A DNA stretch of 62,449 nucleotides, filler included, from Globobulimina sp. (Eukaryota), in NCBI GenBank assembly GCA_003354225.1. It is 32 parts of 32 records of this genome, joined end to end, with 100 filler letters (N's around TTAATTAATTAA, not from the genome) between each part and the next. Parts side by side here need not be neighbours in the genome. Positions count along the whole stretch, not along the records: positions 46,919 to 48,772 come from PIVH01011201.1; positions 48,873 to 50,726 come from PIVH01011202.1; positions 50,827 to 52,680 come from PIVH01011203.1; positions 52,781 to 54,634 come from PIVH01011204.1; positions 54,735 to 56,588 come from PIVH01011205.1; positions 56,689 to 58,542 come from PIVH01011206.1; 26 more parts are not named here. One strand, 5' to 3'. The notes below the pieces were generated by a model. That model did not search any database. It was not told the DNA's origin and saw nothing but the letters and a program-made list of their open reading frames with translations. Each line of letters opens with the position of its first letter. Positions within the stretch are counted from its first letter, which is position 1. Shown in pieces: positions 47,012 to 58,642 of the stretch. Made by a program: the position numbers and the translations under genes.

Positions 47012-48772
47012 GCTTGTGATGGTCGCCACGTGGATGCATTATACATCATAGATGTTTCTACAAACACCGCCAATTCAGGTTCAAGAATTAAAGCCATCTC
47101 ACAATATATTGAATGGAGAGTGGATGAATTAGACATGATATCGTTTGACAAACAGACCGATTTGAGTTTAAATTATGAATTATTTGGTCGATCCGCTGTC
47201 ATCATCGATAATTCCATCCTATTCAATTTAGATGGCTTCCCCAAATTTGATGGATTTCAAGAAGTCATCCAAGGCTCCAATCAAATGCAAATCAGTTAAA
47301 AACATACAATTATACATTTTTATAATTCCACACTGTATACACAAAACCAACACAAATATCAACACAGCCTCGCAATTACAGTTAGCAGCCTCGTCGGTAT
47401 TCCCTTTGGTCAATGACACCACAGAATTATTAGTATACTATTTCAGTGACAAATTTCCAATCACAGCCACTGACCAACTACCCTGCGATGTGAATAACAC
47501 CGCCTTGATCGATCCCTTACGTGGCGACTATTTTTTTGTCTCTTTGAATGACAATTTGCAGGGCGCACAACAATATTTATCGCAATGTTTAAATCAATAT
47601 CCCAGTCATCCCGATGAGCAATATCTATTTTTAAATTACTTCGTAACAAAACGTGTTGGACGCTTACAGGTCACCACCATCCAAGGTGAAGGCACCGAGG
47701 ATTCCTTATACCAACACGTGTGTGGCATTGGTATGTCTTTTTATTTGTTTCTGCCCTCCGATCATTAAAAACAAACCCAAAAAACAATAAAAACACAGAA
47801 TGTTGTCATGTGAATAGCTCATATTACCCACGCAATGTAGAAAACGGATATCCCGGTGATTTCTATGATATTGTCAATGATGAAAGTATCACTAAATTTG
47901 AAATCAGATTTACGACTCTCGATTTTGATGCAAATACCGTATTTATTGAAGATGTGGCCATGTTTTTGTTCCAGACACAGGGCATTTATATGGACGCTCG
48001 GTTAAAACTCAAAGTGATGAGTGGGGCCACCGAGACTTGGCAAGAAGTGACCCAATCTCCACCAGTCACGTACGGTGACGATGATAACGCTGTGTTCAAA
48101 ATGCATTTATTTGAAGAATACGAAGATTTAATCACATTGATCCCACTGCGCGATTATAAACTTGTGATTAATTTCTATGAGGTACCGGGATCCACCGATG
48201 ACGCATTAAAACGAGCGCAATATTTATATATCTTAGATGATGAGGACAGGAACGATGGGCGGAATTGTACCGGTCGATTAGATTGCGAGTTGGAGGAATA
48301 TTTCAGCGACTTTGCATTTTATGCCATTTATGGTTTTGGTGGGACAGTGCAGCAATTCACTGATTATCTCGGCGGATATATTAACTTTGGCTGTTTATTC
48401 GCGCCGCGCGACGCATCCAAACCGTTTACCACACCGATCGACCCTATGCCGCAATGTTCGGCGATTGAAAATCCTGGAAACGTATGCCACTGTTTGTTGT
48501 AATCAATTTGTAATATAATGTTGAAAATTGTTTGTTTTTTATAACAGTATGGAGTGTGTAATGGCAATGTCAGCACCCCGCAAGCTATGGATTGGGAGTT
48601 GACGTATTATGGCTCGCGATATTCGAAGGATGATGATCAGACAGAGGTAACTTATGCGGTGACTGTGGATTATAACTCAGTGGAAGATATTGTCCAAGTA
48701 CGCTTACAGTTACCTTGTGATTGTTTGCTTGATAATTGTATGCTGTCGTCGTTGATTGCATATTCTGATCCC
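47012..48772 (+). CDS. Multi-exon Cys-containing extracellular-type protein, possible vWA-like start
   Basis: Four ORF pieces separated by GT..ACAG introns (~47295-47368, 47731-47798, 48482-48547); VDALYIIDVS. Confidence 0.6.
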
Positions 48773-48889
48773 NNNNNNNNNNNNNNNNNNNNNNNNNNNN
48801 NNNNNNNNNNNNNNNNTTAATTAATTAANNNNNNNNNNNNNNNNNNNNNNNNNNNNNNNNNNNNNNNNNNNNAAAAAAAATTTTTGTGA

Positions 48890-49360
48890 AAAGTGGACAA
48901 GTTGCAAAAAAAAAAATTTTCGAAAATGGACAAGTTTGAAAAAATTGGGACAAGTTGAAAGTTGTACAAGGGGACAAGTGGACAAGTGAAAGGTGGACAA
49001 GAAATGAAGTGGACAAGAAATGAAGTGGGCAAGGGAAAGTAGGCAAGTGCACAATAGACAAGTGGACAATGGACAATGAAATGTGGATAAAATATGTGAA
49101 AGAAATACTTAAATAACATTCAATATTAAATGATAAATAATGGACATTTTGCAATGAGTTATAAAGTACATGATAGTGTATTACCATAGAATAAATAAAA
49201 AATTAAGGACCGTAAAATCGAAAATATCAATGACCGTAAATTCAAGGACCGTAAAATGAAATTGACGGTCTATGGAATCGAAAAGGACCGTAAATTGCAA
49301 CGTTTTGAGGACCGTCAATTTAACGTAGGCACAGTGAATACGCAAAAGTACCGTAAATTG
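48890..49360. repeat. Arrays of GTGGACAAG and GACCGTAAA short motifs (transposon subterminal-like)
   Basis: More than ten GGACAA units at 48890-49085 and ~7 GACCGT units at 49207-49356. Confidence 0.75.
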
Positions 49361-51070
49361 GTCATTTGCCGAGCACAGCTGTTACTCGATTTGCAAACAC
49401 CTCTATGCACACAATAATATGAAAAGTACAGCACTAATAAGGAAAATAATGCAACAAGCTAGAGGTACATTGTAACATTATATCATAGGGGTTGTTTGTG
49501 GGTAAAAAGGTCATCAATTTACGCTCCGTCTCACTCGACAGGCCAGTAGTTTACACACAGTAGTTATAACAAAAGTACAACTAAAAAACCACTTACCTGG
49601 AGCTTGCCAGTAGATCAGAAGGTTGATTGAGTTGGGAAAACTCTGGGGTCATCCATGTTCTTAAGGTTGGCCTTTGCCTTAAGATTGACTGCGATTGACT
49701 TGAATGAGCTTGAATGAGGGACAAGGGAAAGTACAGTAAAATAAAGAATTTTAATACAAATAAAAGAAATAAACTAAGTTATAAACAAAAGACATTTGGG
49801 ACTGCAAAGTACATACATAGTAAAGTAAGAGTAGTGGGCCAAGTATAGTAGGCCAAAGTCAGTAGTGTCAAAAGCAGTAATGAATGATAAAAGTTACTGA
49901 CAGATGTTTGGGCGAAACCATTATGAACTGGGAAAGGGGTGACAGCCCATGCATCTCGTGTTAGTATTACAAATAAATGCATATTACACATAAAGTACAT
50001 AAAAACATAAGTAAAGTACAAGTTATCACAAGTTATGACATAAAAGTACATCAAAGTAAGTAAATACATAGTGATATCAATTTTACGCAAGTATATAAGT
50101 AAAGTAATAATAAATACATATAAAAGTATGTATGTTATCTCGCGGCCCTCCGCGACACTCCCGACGAAAAAGAATTGACGAAAGTGTGTCAGGATACGAG
50201 AAAACATAAAGTTACAAGTACTATACAAAATACAAGAGTAAATAAAAGTATCATACATAGTAAGTTCATATCTCTGGTTTGTCTGAGAGTATTTGTACAT
50301 CTTGATAACAGTTTGCAAGTTAAATGATCTGAAAAACATGTGTACATTAGTGGTTTCAAATACATCAGAGAAAATGCAAAAAATAGTTGTGAGTTTAAAC
50401 CAAAGTTTCGAACAAAAAACCGAAATAAATTCTAGTAAAAGTAAAAGTAACTTATCTAAAAAGAATTCCATTAAGAGATTCCAGTCATCTGGAGGCTTCC
50501 TTGGTGGTCGGAAATCCAGTGAGCAGTCGTGAGTGACTTCATCGTTTCCAAATCCCATACAACAATGTGGCATGAATGCTACAAACAGTAAAAGTGAGAA
50601 AGCGATACCATAAGTAAAGCAATTGATGGGATTGGGGACAAAGGAAGTAGGGGAACCAATCGCAGGAAAAGGGGAACCCAAGTTTTTGAAAGTAGAATTG
50701 GCGCCCGAAGAAAAGGTCGAATTTGCNNNNNNNNNNNNNNNNNNNNNNNNNNNNNNNNNNNNNNNNNNNNTTAATTAATTAANNNNNNNNNNNNNNNNNN
50801 NNNNNNNNNNNNNNNNNNNNNNNNNNAAATTTAGAAACAGAAGAAGAGAAACAAGTGTGTGAGAAACGAAAAGTTGTGATGTTGAATAGTCCTTTGGGCT
50901 TGACTGAATTTGAAAGGAAAGTTATATGTTTGTTGGTAAAGATATGAAGAAAATGGATGATATTAAAGAAATTGATTTGGTCGAAGTGTATGAGGAATCT
51001 AACACAACTTTGAATGATATGATGTTTCAATGATGCGAAAAAGAGATGTTCTATCATGTAAATTCTTGTT

Positions 51071-51841
51071 TCAGTTACAAAGTCGCGACTTTTTTTCGTT
51101 TTTAAAATTCAATGATCGAGTTCGTTTTAATTTGCATTCTTTTTTTGGACAACAAATGTCAGCCTGCAATGTTTCAATATTCCGCATTTTTGTATGTTTT
51201 TCTAAAAATACAAATGTTGTTTCAAGCCTCTTCAACGCTCTTTTATCGCTAACAATTATTTGCGTTAATTTTGCTATATTTTCGTCGATAAATATTTTTT
51301 CTTTTAATGTTTTATTTAATCGATTTATTTTCAATGTTTTCAATTTTAATTTAATCGCATCATTATTTGATATACATCGCAACTGCTTTTTTATTTTCGT
51401 TAATTGTTTTTGTAGAGTTATTATCTCATTTTCTTTCCCATTCGTTTCTGTTTGTTTTTGTGATAACGTTTCTTGATTTTTTTGTATCTGTACACAAATA
51501 TTCGCAATCAGCTTTTTAGTGTCTTGTCTTTGCAAAATGCATTTAATTAATTTTTGTGTTTCTGCTATTTTATGTTCTATATTTTTACCTGAATCCATAA
51601 TGGCTTTCATTTCTGTTTGTAACTGGTTCAAAACTGCCAAATATTTATCCCGTTCGATTTGTTTCGTCCTTAATTGGTCACGAACCACTTTCCCATTTTC
51701 AACAAATGTTTTCATAGTTTCTGTGTTGATCGATAACTGCTCATTTAATGATTTTATTTTATTTTGTATGTCTGTAATTTCGTTCATATACGTTTCTAAT
51801 AAATCTCTCTGTTGGTTATATATCATCCATTTTTCAGCCAA
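51071..51841 (-). CDS. Coiled-coil protein
   Basis: 256-aa K/Q/E-rich heptad ORF. Confidence 0.6.
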   Translation of the reverse strand: MAEKWMIYNQQRDLLETYMNEITDIQNKIKSLNEQLSINTETMKTFVENGKVVRDQLRTKQIERDKYLAVLNQLQTEMKAIMDSGKNIEHKIAETQKLIKCILQRQDTKKLIANICVQIQKNQETLSQKQTETNGKENEIITLQKQLTKIKKQLRCISNNDAIKLKLKTLKINRLNKTLKEKIFIDENIAKLTQIIVSDKRALKRLETTFVFLEKHTKMRNIETLQADICCPKKECKLKRTRSLNFKNEKKSRLCN

Positions 51842-51880
51842 CTTCCAAAATTTAAGTTTTTCGCCTTGTTTTCTAAATTA

Positions 51881-52680
51881 TTAATATCGTTTTTGATGAT
51901 GTGTAAATATGTAAATATATGATATAAAATATAACTGTTTCTTAATCATAGCAACATAATCCAGCTTACTTTCAAAATATTGTTGTTTAATATCAGCAAC
52001 ATCACCAAAATCAAGCTTATCACCCACATTCAAGTCAGATGCTTCAAATAAAGCCATATTCGGAGTAAAAGCTTGTTTTCCATGCAAACTCCATGGTGCT
52101 TTATCATATGGATTATGATTTGTGTTGTTTTCATCAGATTTAATTTCGTTAACATCATCTAAATGAGTCCAGTACAAATACCGTTTTCCTGTTACTAACT
52201 CATAGGAAACCTGTTAAATATGAGTTATATGTATTGAATCTGTGTAGATATAATATACTCAACTTGAGCTTGACCAGATTTGCTGTCTAATTGTGCGATT
52301 TCACCTCGTTTCCAGCCTGGATGTGTCCGTAAAGGATTAATTTTTATTTTACCACATTGTTTAAGATGACCGAATTTGTATGATTTTCTTCTTGAGATTG
52401 AGCCGGCTGCAGCAAATCTGCCTGGTTCTAGTTTGTAATTAGACCATATATCAAATGGAATATCATAATAATGAGAATCGTAACAGAGTTTTAAATTTGA
52501 CCCTTGTTTTTCTAACACAGTGCAAGATACAAAGCGGCCATATTCGTCACGATGATCCAGTACATCACCAATATTTAGTTTGCACATGTCAGTGATGGAC
52601 ATGTTTGCGGCGAAAGGCAATGTAAAAGTGTGTGTTGGTTGTTGGATGTTGATGTTTGTGTTAAATGGCTGTTTTGATGA
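51881..52680 (-). CDS. Tudor/Agenet-like repeat protein, spliced, partial
   Basis: LNIGDVLDHRDEYGRF..CTV.E....LKLCYD...DIW; GWKRGEI; LNVGDKLD. Confidence 0.6.
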
Positions 52681-53024
52681 NNNNNNNNNNNNNNNNNNNN
52701 NNNNNNNNNNNNNNNNNNNNNNNNTTAATTAATTAANNNNNNNNNNNNNNNNNNNNNNNNNNNNNNNNNNNNNNNNNNNNCCTGGTTGAAAATTTCTAAC
52801 CTTTCCATTCGTATTTTTTTAGAATTCCAACCGTTTTCACTCATTAGTTTTATTTTTCCATCCCAATCCACCTTATACAACTCAATGTAACATTCATGGG
52901 TATCATGTTTTCGATGTAAAAACATTTTTTGACTTAGCTTATGGTAAAACTTTGTGTTTATCACACGCTGAAATAAAAAGTACGCCAACTAGTAAACAGA
53001 CAGACTAAAGTCAGTCTATATACG

Positions 53025-53581
53025 ATGTCTTCCCCTAAAGAGGTTGTGAGGCCTCGCGTTATCTGCGAATTTTGTAATAAGAAAATTTCAAAAACAAAGT
53101 TTGTCTTTTCTTGTACCGACTGTATTTTAGTGAAAATATATATTTTAGTTTTTCAAGACACAAACGAATCGCCCACAGGGTAATGCCTTTTCCCCAGCAA
53201 GAACTTGCACCGAAACCTGAAACATCATCATATCCTGATGTTCTTGGTTATTCGTTAACACTAATTCCAGCTTTTTTACCAAATTCAACTCCTTCATTTT
53301 TGCTTCCTACACCCGTCCTTCCTCAACAAGCCACGGTCACAGCAGAGACTCGACTGATGGACTCCTTTGAAGGGGTAGTTATCGATATGGACACTTTGCA
53401 AATAGAAAATGAGATCAAAGCTATCGCCAACATAGACGATCTAAGCCAACTTTCCAAGAATGATTTTGTAGAATATTTCAAGTTGGCTTTAGTTTCTACT
53501 CAAAAAGATGCTGCTTCAGACGACAGACGTCGCGAAAAGATGCTTTATAAACTATTGAACAAATACTCAGTTTTGTTGTGA
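53025..53581 (+). CDS. C2H2 zinc-finger protein, intron 53099-53148
   Basis: Splicing gives ICEFCNKKISKTN/FSRHKRIAH. Confidence 0.75.
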
Positions 53582-53584
53582 ATA

Positions 53585-54606
53585 ATGACAAAAGAAGGCC
53601 TTTCGCGTGATATTGTCACTAAATTAGATAGTTTATTTTTGGATATTTCTAAACCTGCTGCTTTTTTGGGAAGAAATAAACTATATATTGAGTGTAAAAA
53701 GCGTGGATGGAACATAACACAGTCACAAATTTTGAAATACCTTAGATCTAAACGGGTTTATACTGTATACAAATTGAGACGTAAAAGATGGAAACGACAA
53801 CCTATAATCGTTTGGGGTTTAAGTACGTAGTATCAACTTTTTCCCACAAAAAAATCAAAAAAATGTTTTAGATTGGCTTTGGTCGGCCGATTTGGCTGAT
53901 ATGCAAGCTCTGAAAGGGGCAAACTATGGCGTGTCTTTTCTTTTGGTGTGCATTAATTGTTTTTCTTATAAACTTAGAGTGGAGCCCTTAAAGTCAAAAC
54001 ATGGGCCTGTTGTGAGGGCTGCTTTTCAAACTATTTTTAATGAAGAAACGCCACCTTCTAACATATGTACAGACTTGGGAGCTGAAGTAGGTTGTTTTTG
54101 AACTTACAAAGATATTAAAATTTTGGTTTTAGTTCTATTGTGAACCTGTTTCCAACCTATTTCAAGAACTCGACATTAATCATTACCCAAGCAGAAATAA
54201 TGTCAAAAGCATTTATGCCGAAAATGCCATAAAATTTGTGAAAACTAAAATATATCGATTTCTTGCACATTTTAATCGTAAGCGCTATATCGACATATTG
54301 AAAAAAATCGAAATCGCTTGGAATCATGACACTTCTAAAGGCCCGTTACCAAACCTCTCACCTTCAAATGTAACAATTGATCATCAGACTGGTATACCAT
54401 CCTATATCCCCTCACCCGGACTAATTTTTTATTTTTTTATAGAAATTTTTTACCATCGGTTTCCAAACATTTACGATTTGGTGGGTAGGTCAAAAAAAAT
54501 TTCATATGCTATTGATGATGTTGTCCGAATAGCATTACCTACGACATCTGCATTTCAGAAAAGTTATCGACCCCAATTTTCGGAAGAGCTATATCGTATA
54601 CATAGG
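53585..54606 (+). mobile_element. Maverick/Polinton-type retroviral-like integrase with introns (53823-53871, 54087-54132, probably 54392-54442), 3'-partial
   Basis: PAAFLGRNKLY, WSADLADM, FLLVCINCFS, PLKSK, TDLGAE/F, AENAIK..KTKIYRF, YIDIL......NH, DVVRI, FQKSYRPQFSEELY. Confidence 0.88.
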
Positions 54607-54783
54607 TAAAGATAAGAATTTCAACTATTCTAACNNNNNNNNNNNNNNNNNNNNNNNNNNNNNNNNNNNNNNNNNNNNTTAATTAATTAANNNNNNNNNN
54701 NNNNNNNNNNNNNNNNNNNNNNNNNNNNNNNNNNATTCATCAGCAAAGCACCCGAATAAATCAAATCAATTTGATTTCGCAAA

Positions 54784-55446
54784 ATGATGAAATTCAACTT
54801 ATTGCTAGCAACGTTGCAATTGTTTGGATTAATTAATGGCTCGATGGACGATTTCGATTCGCTTTGTCTGGCCGTTTATGAAGGATTAGGTTATGATAAT
54901 AGCGGGCAATGGCAATATAGCGGAGGATGCTCGCAACATTTCGATGCCGGCAGTTTTTTATATCAGGACAGCAGTGGAACTATGACATTTTCTGAATGCG
55001 CGGCTCAATGCAATTCACGAGCAGACTGTCTCTCATTTACTGTTGGAAAGAAAGGTGTAGCGCGCGAAAATTGGTGTAATTTATATAGCGTAGTGTGTAG
55101 CGCCGGTAATGTCCCTGATACCGACTGGAATACGTTTAGTCCGACACGCAACACTGGCGCTGCGCCATCAGATTACGCAGTGACATGGCAATATAATGGA
55201 GGCTGCCAAGAGCATTTTGATTCGGGCAATTTATTGGTTCAGGACAAAAGCGGAAGTATGACCTTCGGTGCTTGTTATAATTTGTGTGTGACGTTTGGTG
55301 GCCAGTCTTTTTTCTATGGCGTCAGCAGTAATTGGTGTAATGTCTATCAGGGTGTCTGTACAAATAATGATGATCTTAGCTGGAATATGTATCTCCCGCT
55401 ACTTGAAAATGCTCAATCTGTCTGTGATGAGTATACTTGCAATTAA
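54784..55446 (+). CDS. Secreted protein with two tandem PAN/apple-like Cys repeats
   Basis: Signal peptide; WQY.GGC..HFD.G..L.QD.SG.MTF..C...C...NWCN.Y..VC twice. Confidence 0.8.
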   Translation: MMKFNLLLATLQLFGLINGSMDDFDSLCLAVYEGLGYDNSGQWQYSGGCSQHFDAGSFLYQDSSGTMTFSECAAQCNSRADCLSFTVGKKGVARENWCNLYSVVCSAGNVPDTDWNTFSPTRNTGAAPSDYAVTWQYNGGCQEHFDSGNLLVQDKSGSMTFGACYNLCVTFGGQSFFYGVSSNWCNVYQGVCTNNDDLSWNMYLPLLENAQSVCDEYTCN

Positions 55447-55916
55447 TTTAAAGTGAAGTGAAGTGTGTGCCTTTTTTGTTTGGTATTTTTTATTTTTTAT
55501 TTTTTGTAATTTGTTGTGTCTGCAATTTGAGTAATTGCTGTAAATTAAGATAATTTTAGTTTTATTTCTTTTCTTGTTGCTCTTTTGAATATTCAATTTG
55601 TGCAAGGATATATATAATACACTTGACGACAGTATGAAGCCACTCAAAGAGCGTAACATAAACATATTAATCATATATATGGGCTAGCCACTCATTAAAG
55701 TTTTGCTCTACTCAGAAACACTAATTTCAGAATTATTTAGAAACATGTTATTGAACTATTTCCTGTGGTTCAAAGTCTTAAATTATACATATAATCACAC
55801 AAAGTAAAGTTTTGAAGAAAACAGCCAGAAAAAAAAAGAATGTGAAGAAATGATTGTTCATAATTAATCTCTATAAAAAATAAAAGAGCTCGAAAAAAAG
55901 AAAATAAATTATTATA

Positions 55917-56203
55917 CATTGGAAGGAATGCATTTAAGTCAGAGGTTGAGAAGTTGAGAGGTTCAGAAGTTTAGGCGTTTAGAGGTTGGGATGTTCGGAA
56001 GTTGGTGGATAAAAGTATCGTAGAATTGGATTCTTGTTTCATTAGTAATTCAACTTCTGAACCTCTCAACTTCTGAACCTCTCAACTTCTGAACCTCTCA
56101 ACTTCTGATCCTCTCAACTTCTGAACCTCTCAACTTCTCAACGGCTAAACTTCCGAACCTCTCAACCTCTCAAACCTCTGACTTTAATGCATTTCTTTCA
56201 TTG
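55917..56203. mobile_element. Foldback/MITE-like element with internal 17-bp tandem repeats
   Basis: AATGCATTTAAGTCAGAGG / CCTCTGACTTTAATGCATT arms; (TCAACTTCTGAACCTC T)n inside; TA-rich flanks. Confidence 0.75.
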
Positions 56204-56715
56204 CTATAGGCAAAAAAAAAAAGTGTGATATGTATATAAGAACAATTCAACAAAAAGCAGCAAAAGAAGCAGAAAAGAGAATATTTTTTTAAAGGAGATG
56301 GGGAAACAAGGCTTTTCTAACTTGTGTTAATTAAAGTCAGGGGTTGGCATCCTTTAGGCGTGCCTCTTGAACAGATTTAACGGCCACCAATACCCCTCCG
56401 CCCAACAATACCACAACATAACAATAAATAACAAATACAAAATACAAAAAACAAAACATATAATCATAAGATATGGATTGGAAAAATAAATAAAATGCAC
56501 AAAGCAGGTGCAAAATCCAAAAATCATAATGCAATGCTTTTCGTGGTACAATGCCACAAAATCCCCATTAAAAAATCATTTTTGTGTTNNNNNNNNNNNN
56601 NNNNNNNNNNNNNNNNNNNNNNNNNNNNNNNNTTAATTAATTAANNNNNNNNNNNNNNNNNNNNNNNNNNNNNNNNNNNNNNNNNNNNCTTGTTACCGAA
56701 GCTTGATATAAGAAA

Positions 56716-57048
56716 ATGGCACAATATGACCAAAAGTTGCCGCAAAAGCCGCCAAAAGATGTTAAAAATGAATTTCATGTTGATATTATCATGGACATGT
56801 TAGAAATTAAAGTATCTATCAACGATACAGTAACTGGACTTGAATGGTTTGCTCACTATATGCCCAAAGCATGGACAGGGAACTCAGCAGATGCTGGAAA
56901 TATTTACAATTTTTTACATAATGAATTGGAAAAGCAACCTGCAAATTGGGTTCAATTGCCACCATTTAGAAAAGGCCAACCATTAAATATTATCATCGGT
57001 GATTCAAATGGACAACATTACAAATTGAGTATTCCATTCAAAAAATAA
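56716..57048 (+). CDS. Small hypothetical protein
   Basis: 110-aa ORF with AAAATGG start context and coding-like composition. Confidence 0.65.
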   Translation: MAQYDQKLPQKPPKDVKNEFHVDIIMDMLEIKVSINDTVTGLEWFAHYMPKAWTGNSADAGNIYNFLHNELEKQPANWVQLPPFRKGQPLNIIIGDSNGQHYKLSIPFKK

Positions 57049-57237
57049 ACAAAACGTTTATAATTTTGAACTGGACTGTCTATGTTAAATTTGCTATTAT
57101 CAATTCGTAAAATTGTAAATATTTCTACAGCTATGGATACATACTAACTGTCCTTGCACCCAGTTTCCGCTCGTAGTTTTTTTTGTTGCCCTAAAAATAA
57201 TATTTAGTTAGAAATAATTAATTAATACATCATTATA

Positions 57238-57798
57238 TTACACATGATAGGAATCATTCGGTGTGTCACCTGATGCTCCCACAACATAATACATTTCATG
57301 TTCTTCTTTTCTTGTAATGGTTGCATTAAAAGGACGAAATGCAATCCTCCCCAATTTAATATGTGTTCTTGACATTGGTATATTGCAAAGATTCCATGGT
57401 AAGAATATAAGGGCCATCAAGAAATGGAACACCATCATATGAAATCCAATGGCTATGGACCATATTAAACCGCCACAAAACCCTTTTCCACACTTTTTAT
57501 ATTCGCCACAACATTTTGATGGTTTCAAATGATATCTCAACGGAGTTATGCATACTCGTGCAAGTGTAAAACATCGTCTTCCTGCATTGCCACAGGGAAA
57601 TAATATACAACCAAAGAAACACCATATCAATATAAACCATAATCCGCCTCCAATGGTCCACCATAATATTAAATGACAACATATTAATCCTGTCCTTACT
57701 CTTTTTCTCTTTTTTTGATCAATTGATCCAGGTTCTGCTTCTTCATATCGATTCGGAGGATCTTCGAGCAAATCTCTACTTTGTCCTTCCTGTGTCAT
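57238..57798 (-). CDS. YccF-like (DUF307) membrane protein
   Basis: Two repeats LWW..GG...CF.LAR....P / IW....G....H......NIP....H.KLG.IAF.PF. Confidence 0.75.
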   Translation of the reverse strand: MTQEGQSRDLLEDPPNRYEEAEPGSIDQKKRKRVRTGLICCHLILWWTIGGGLWFILIWCFFGCILFPCGNAGRRCFTLARVCITPLRYHLKPSKCCGEYKKCGKGFCGGLIWSIAIGFHMMVFHFLMALIFLPWNLCNIPMSRTHIKLGRIAFRPFNATITRKEEHEMYYVVGASGDTPNDSYHV

Positions 57799-58642
57799 CT
57801 GGATATAATTTATTGTTCAAGTGTCAAACTTCAGTACGGTCTAAAAAAAACTTGACAGAAAAAAAATGATCGCTAAAAATTCAAAATGTCAAATTGACTT
57901 TTTGTTTCCTGTGAAATGGTTGGTGGTTAGAACGGTTTCCCAGTTTTCCAGTTTTCGTAGACTGACTTGCTTTTAACAGTGTAATTTAACAGAACTGGTA
58001 CCGCGTATAGTAGCATAGCATTGGAATACATCGATAATATGCATACACAACACAAATTAAGACACAAACACACAAATTAAGACACAAAAACCTACAATTT
58101 CAACTCCAATTCATCAAATGGGTCAATCACATGTACACTGGCTCTGTTTATTTTGTTTATCGTGTATGGTCGATGTCATAACTAGACCTTATCAATATCA
58201 ATATCAATCGATCAATCACATTTTCAATCGCATTTTTAATCAATCGCCGATTTACAATAAATCGTCGAATAAAATCCGATTTAAAAAAAAGTCCTATTCA
58301 AAACTCTTTAGGACTGAAATAAATCGAGCGATTTATAAATCGATTTTAAATCACAAAAATATGATATTAATCGACCGATTGAAATGTCATTAAACTGTGA
58401 TTTATTAACGATTATTTTGTCAAACGCGATTGATAATCGTAAATCAAGGAAGGAAAATAGGTTAATAATAAAATGTTACAGGTAACATTTAACTTTTTGC
58501 TTTTCAGTTTGAAATTACTGTTTTTTACTGTAAACTCTTTGANNNNNNNNNNNNNNNNNNNNNNNNNNNNNNNNNNNNNNNNNNNNTTAATTAATTAANN
58601 NNNNNNNNNNNNNNNNNNNNNNNNNNNNNNNNNNNNNNNNNN

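Noticed and set aside
48817-49187. Three overlapping minus-strand ORFs
   Set aside because: They are translations of the GTGGACAAG repeat running into the linker.
49779-50681. 300-aa hydrophobic ORF as a membrane protein
   Set aside because: The hydrophobicity follows from T-rich strand bias and there are no recognisable motifs, so it was not called as a gene.
58163-58445. AATCG-rich tract as a MITE, and ORF 58118-58393
   Set aside because: The motif clustering is real, but I found no convincing TIR pair or TSD, and the ORF is repeat-derived.
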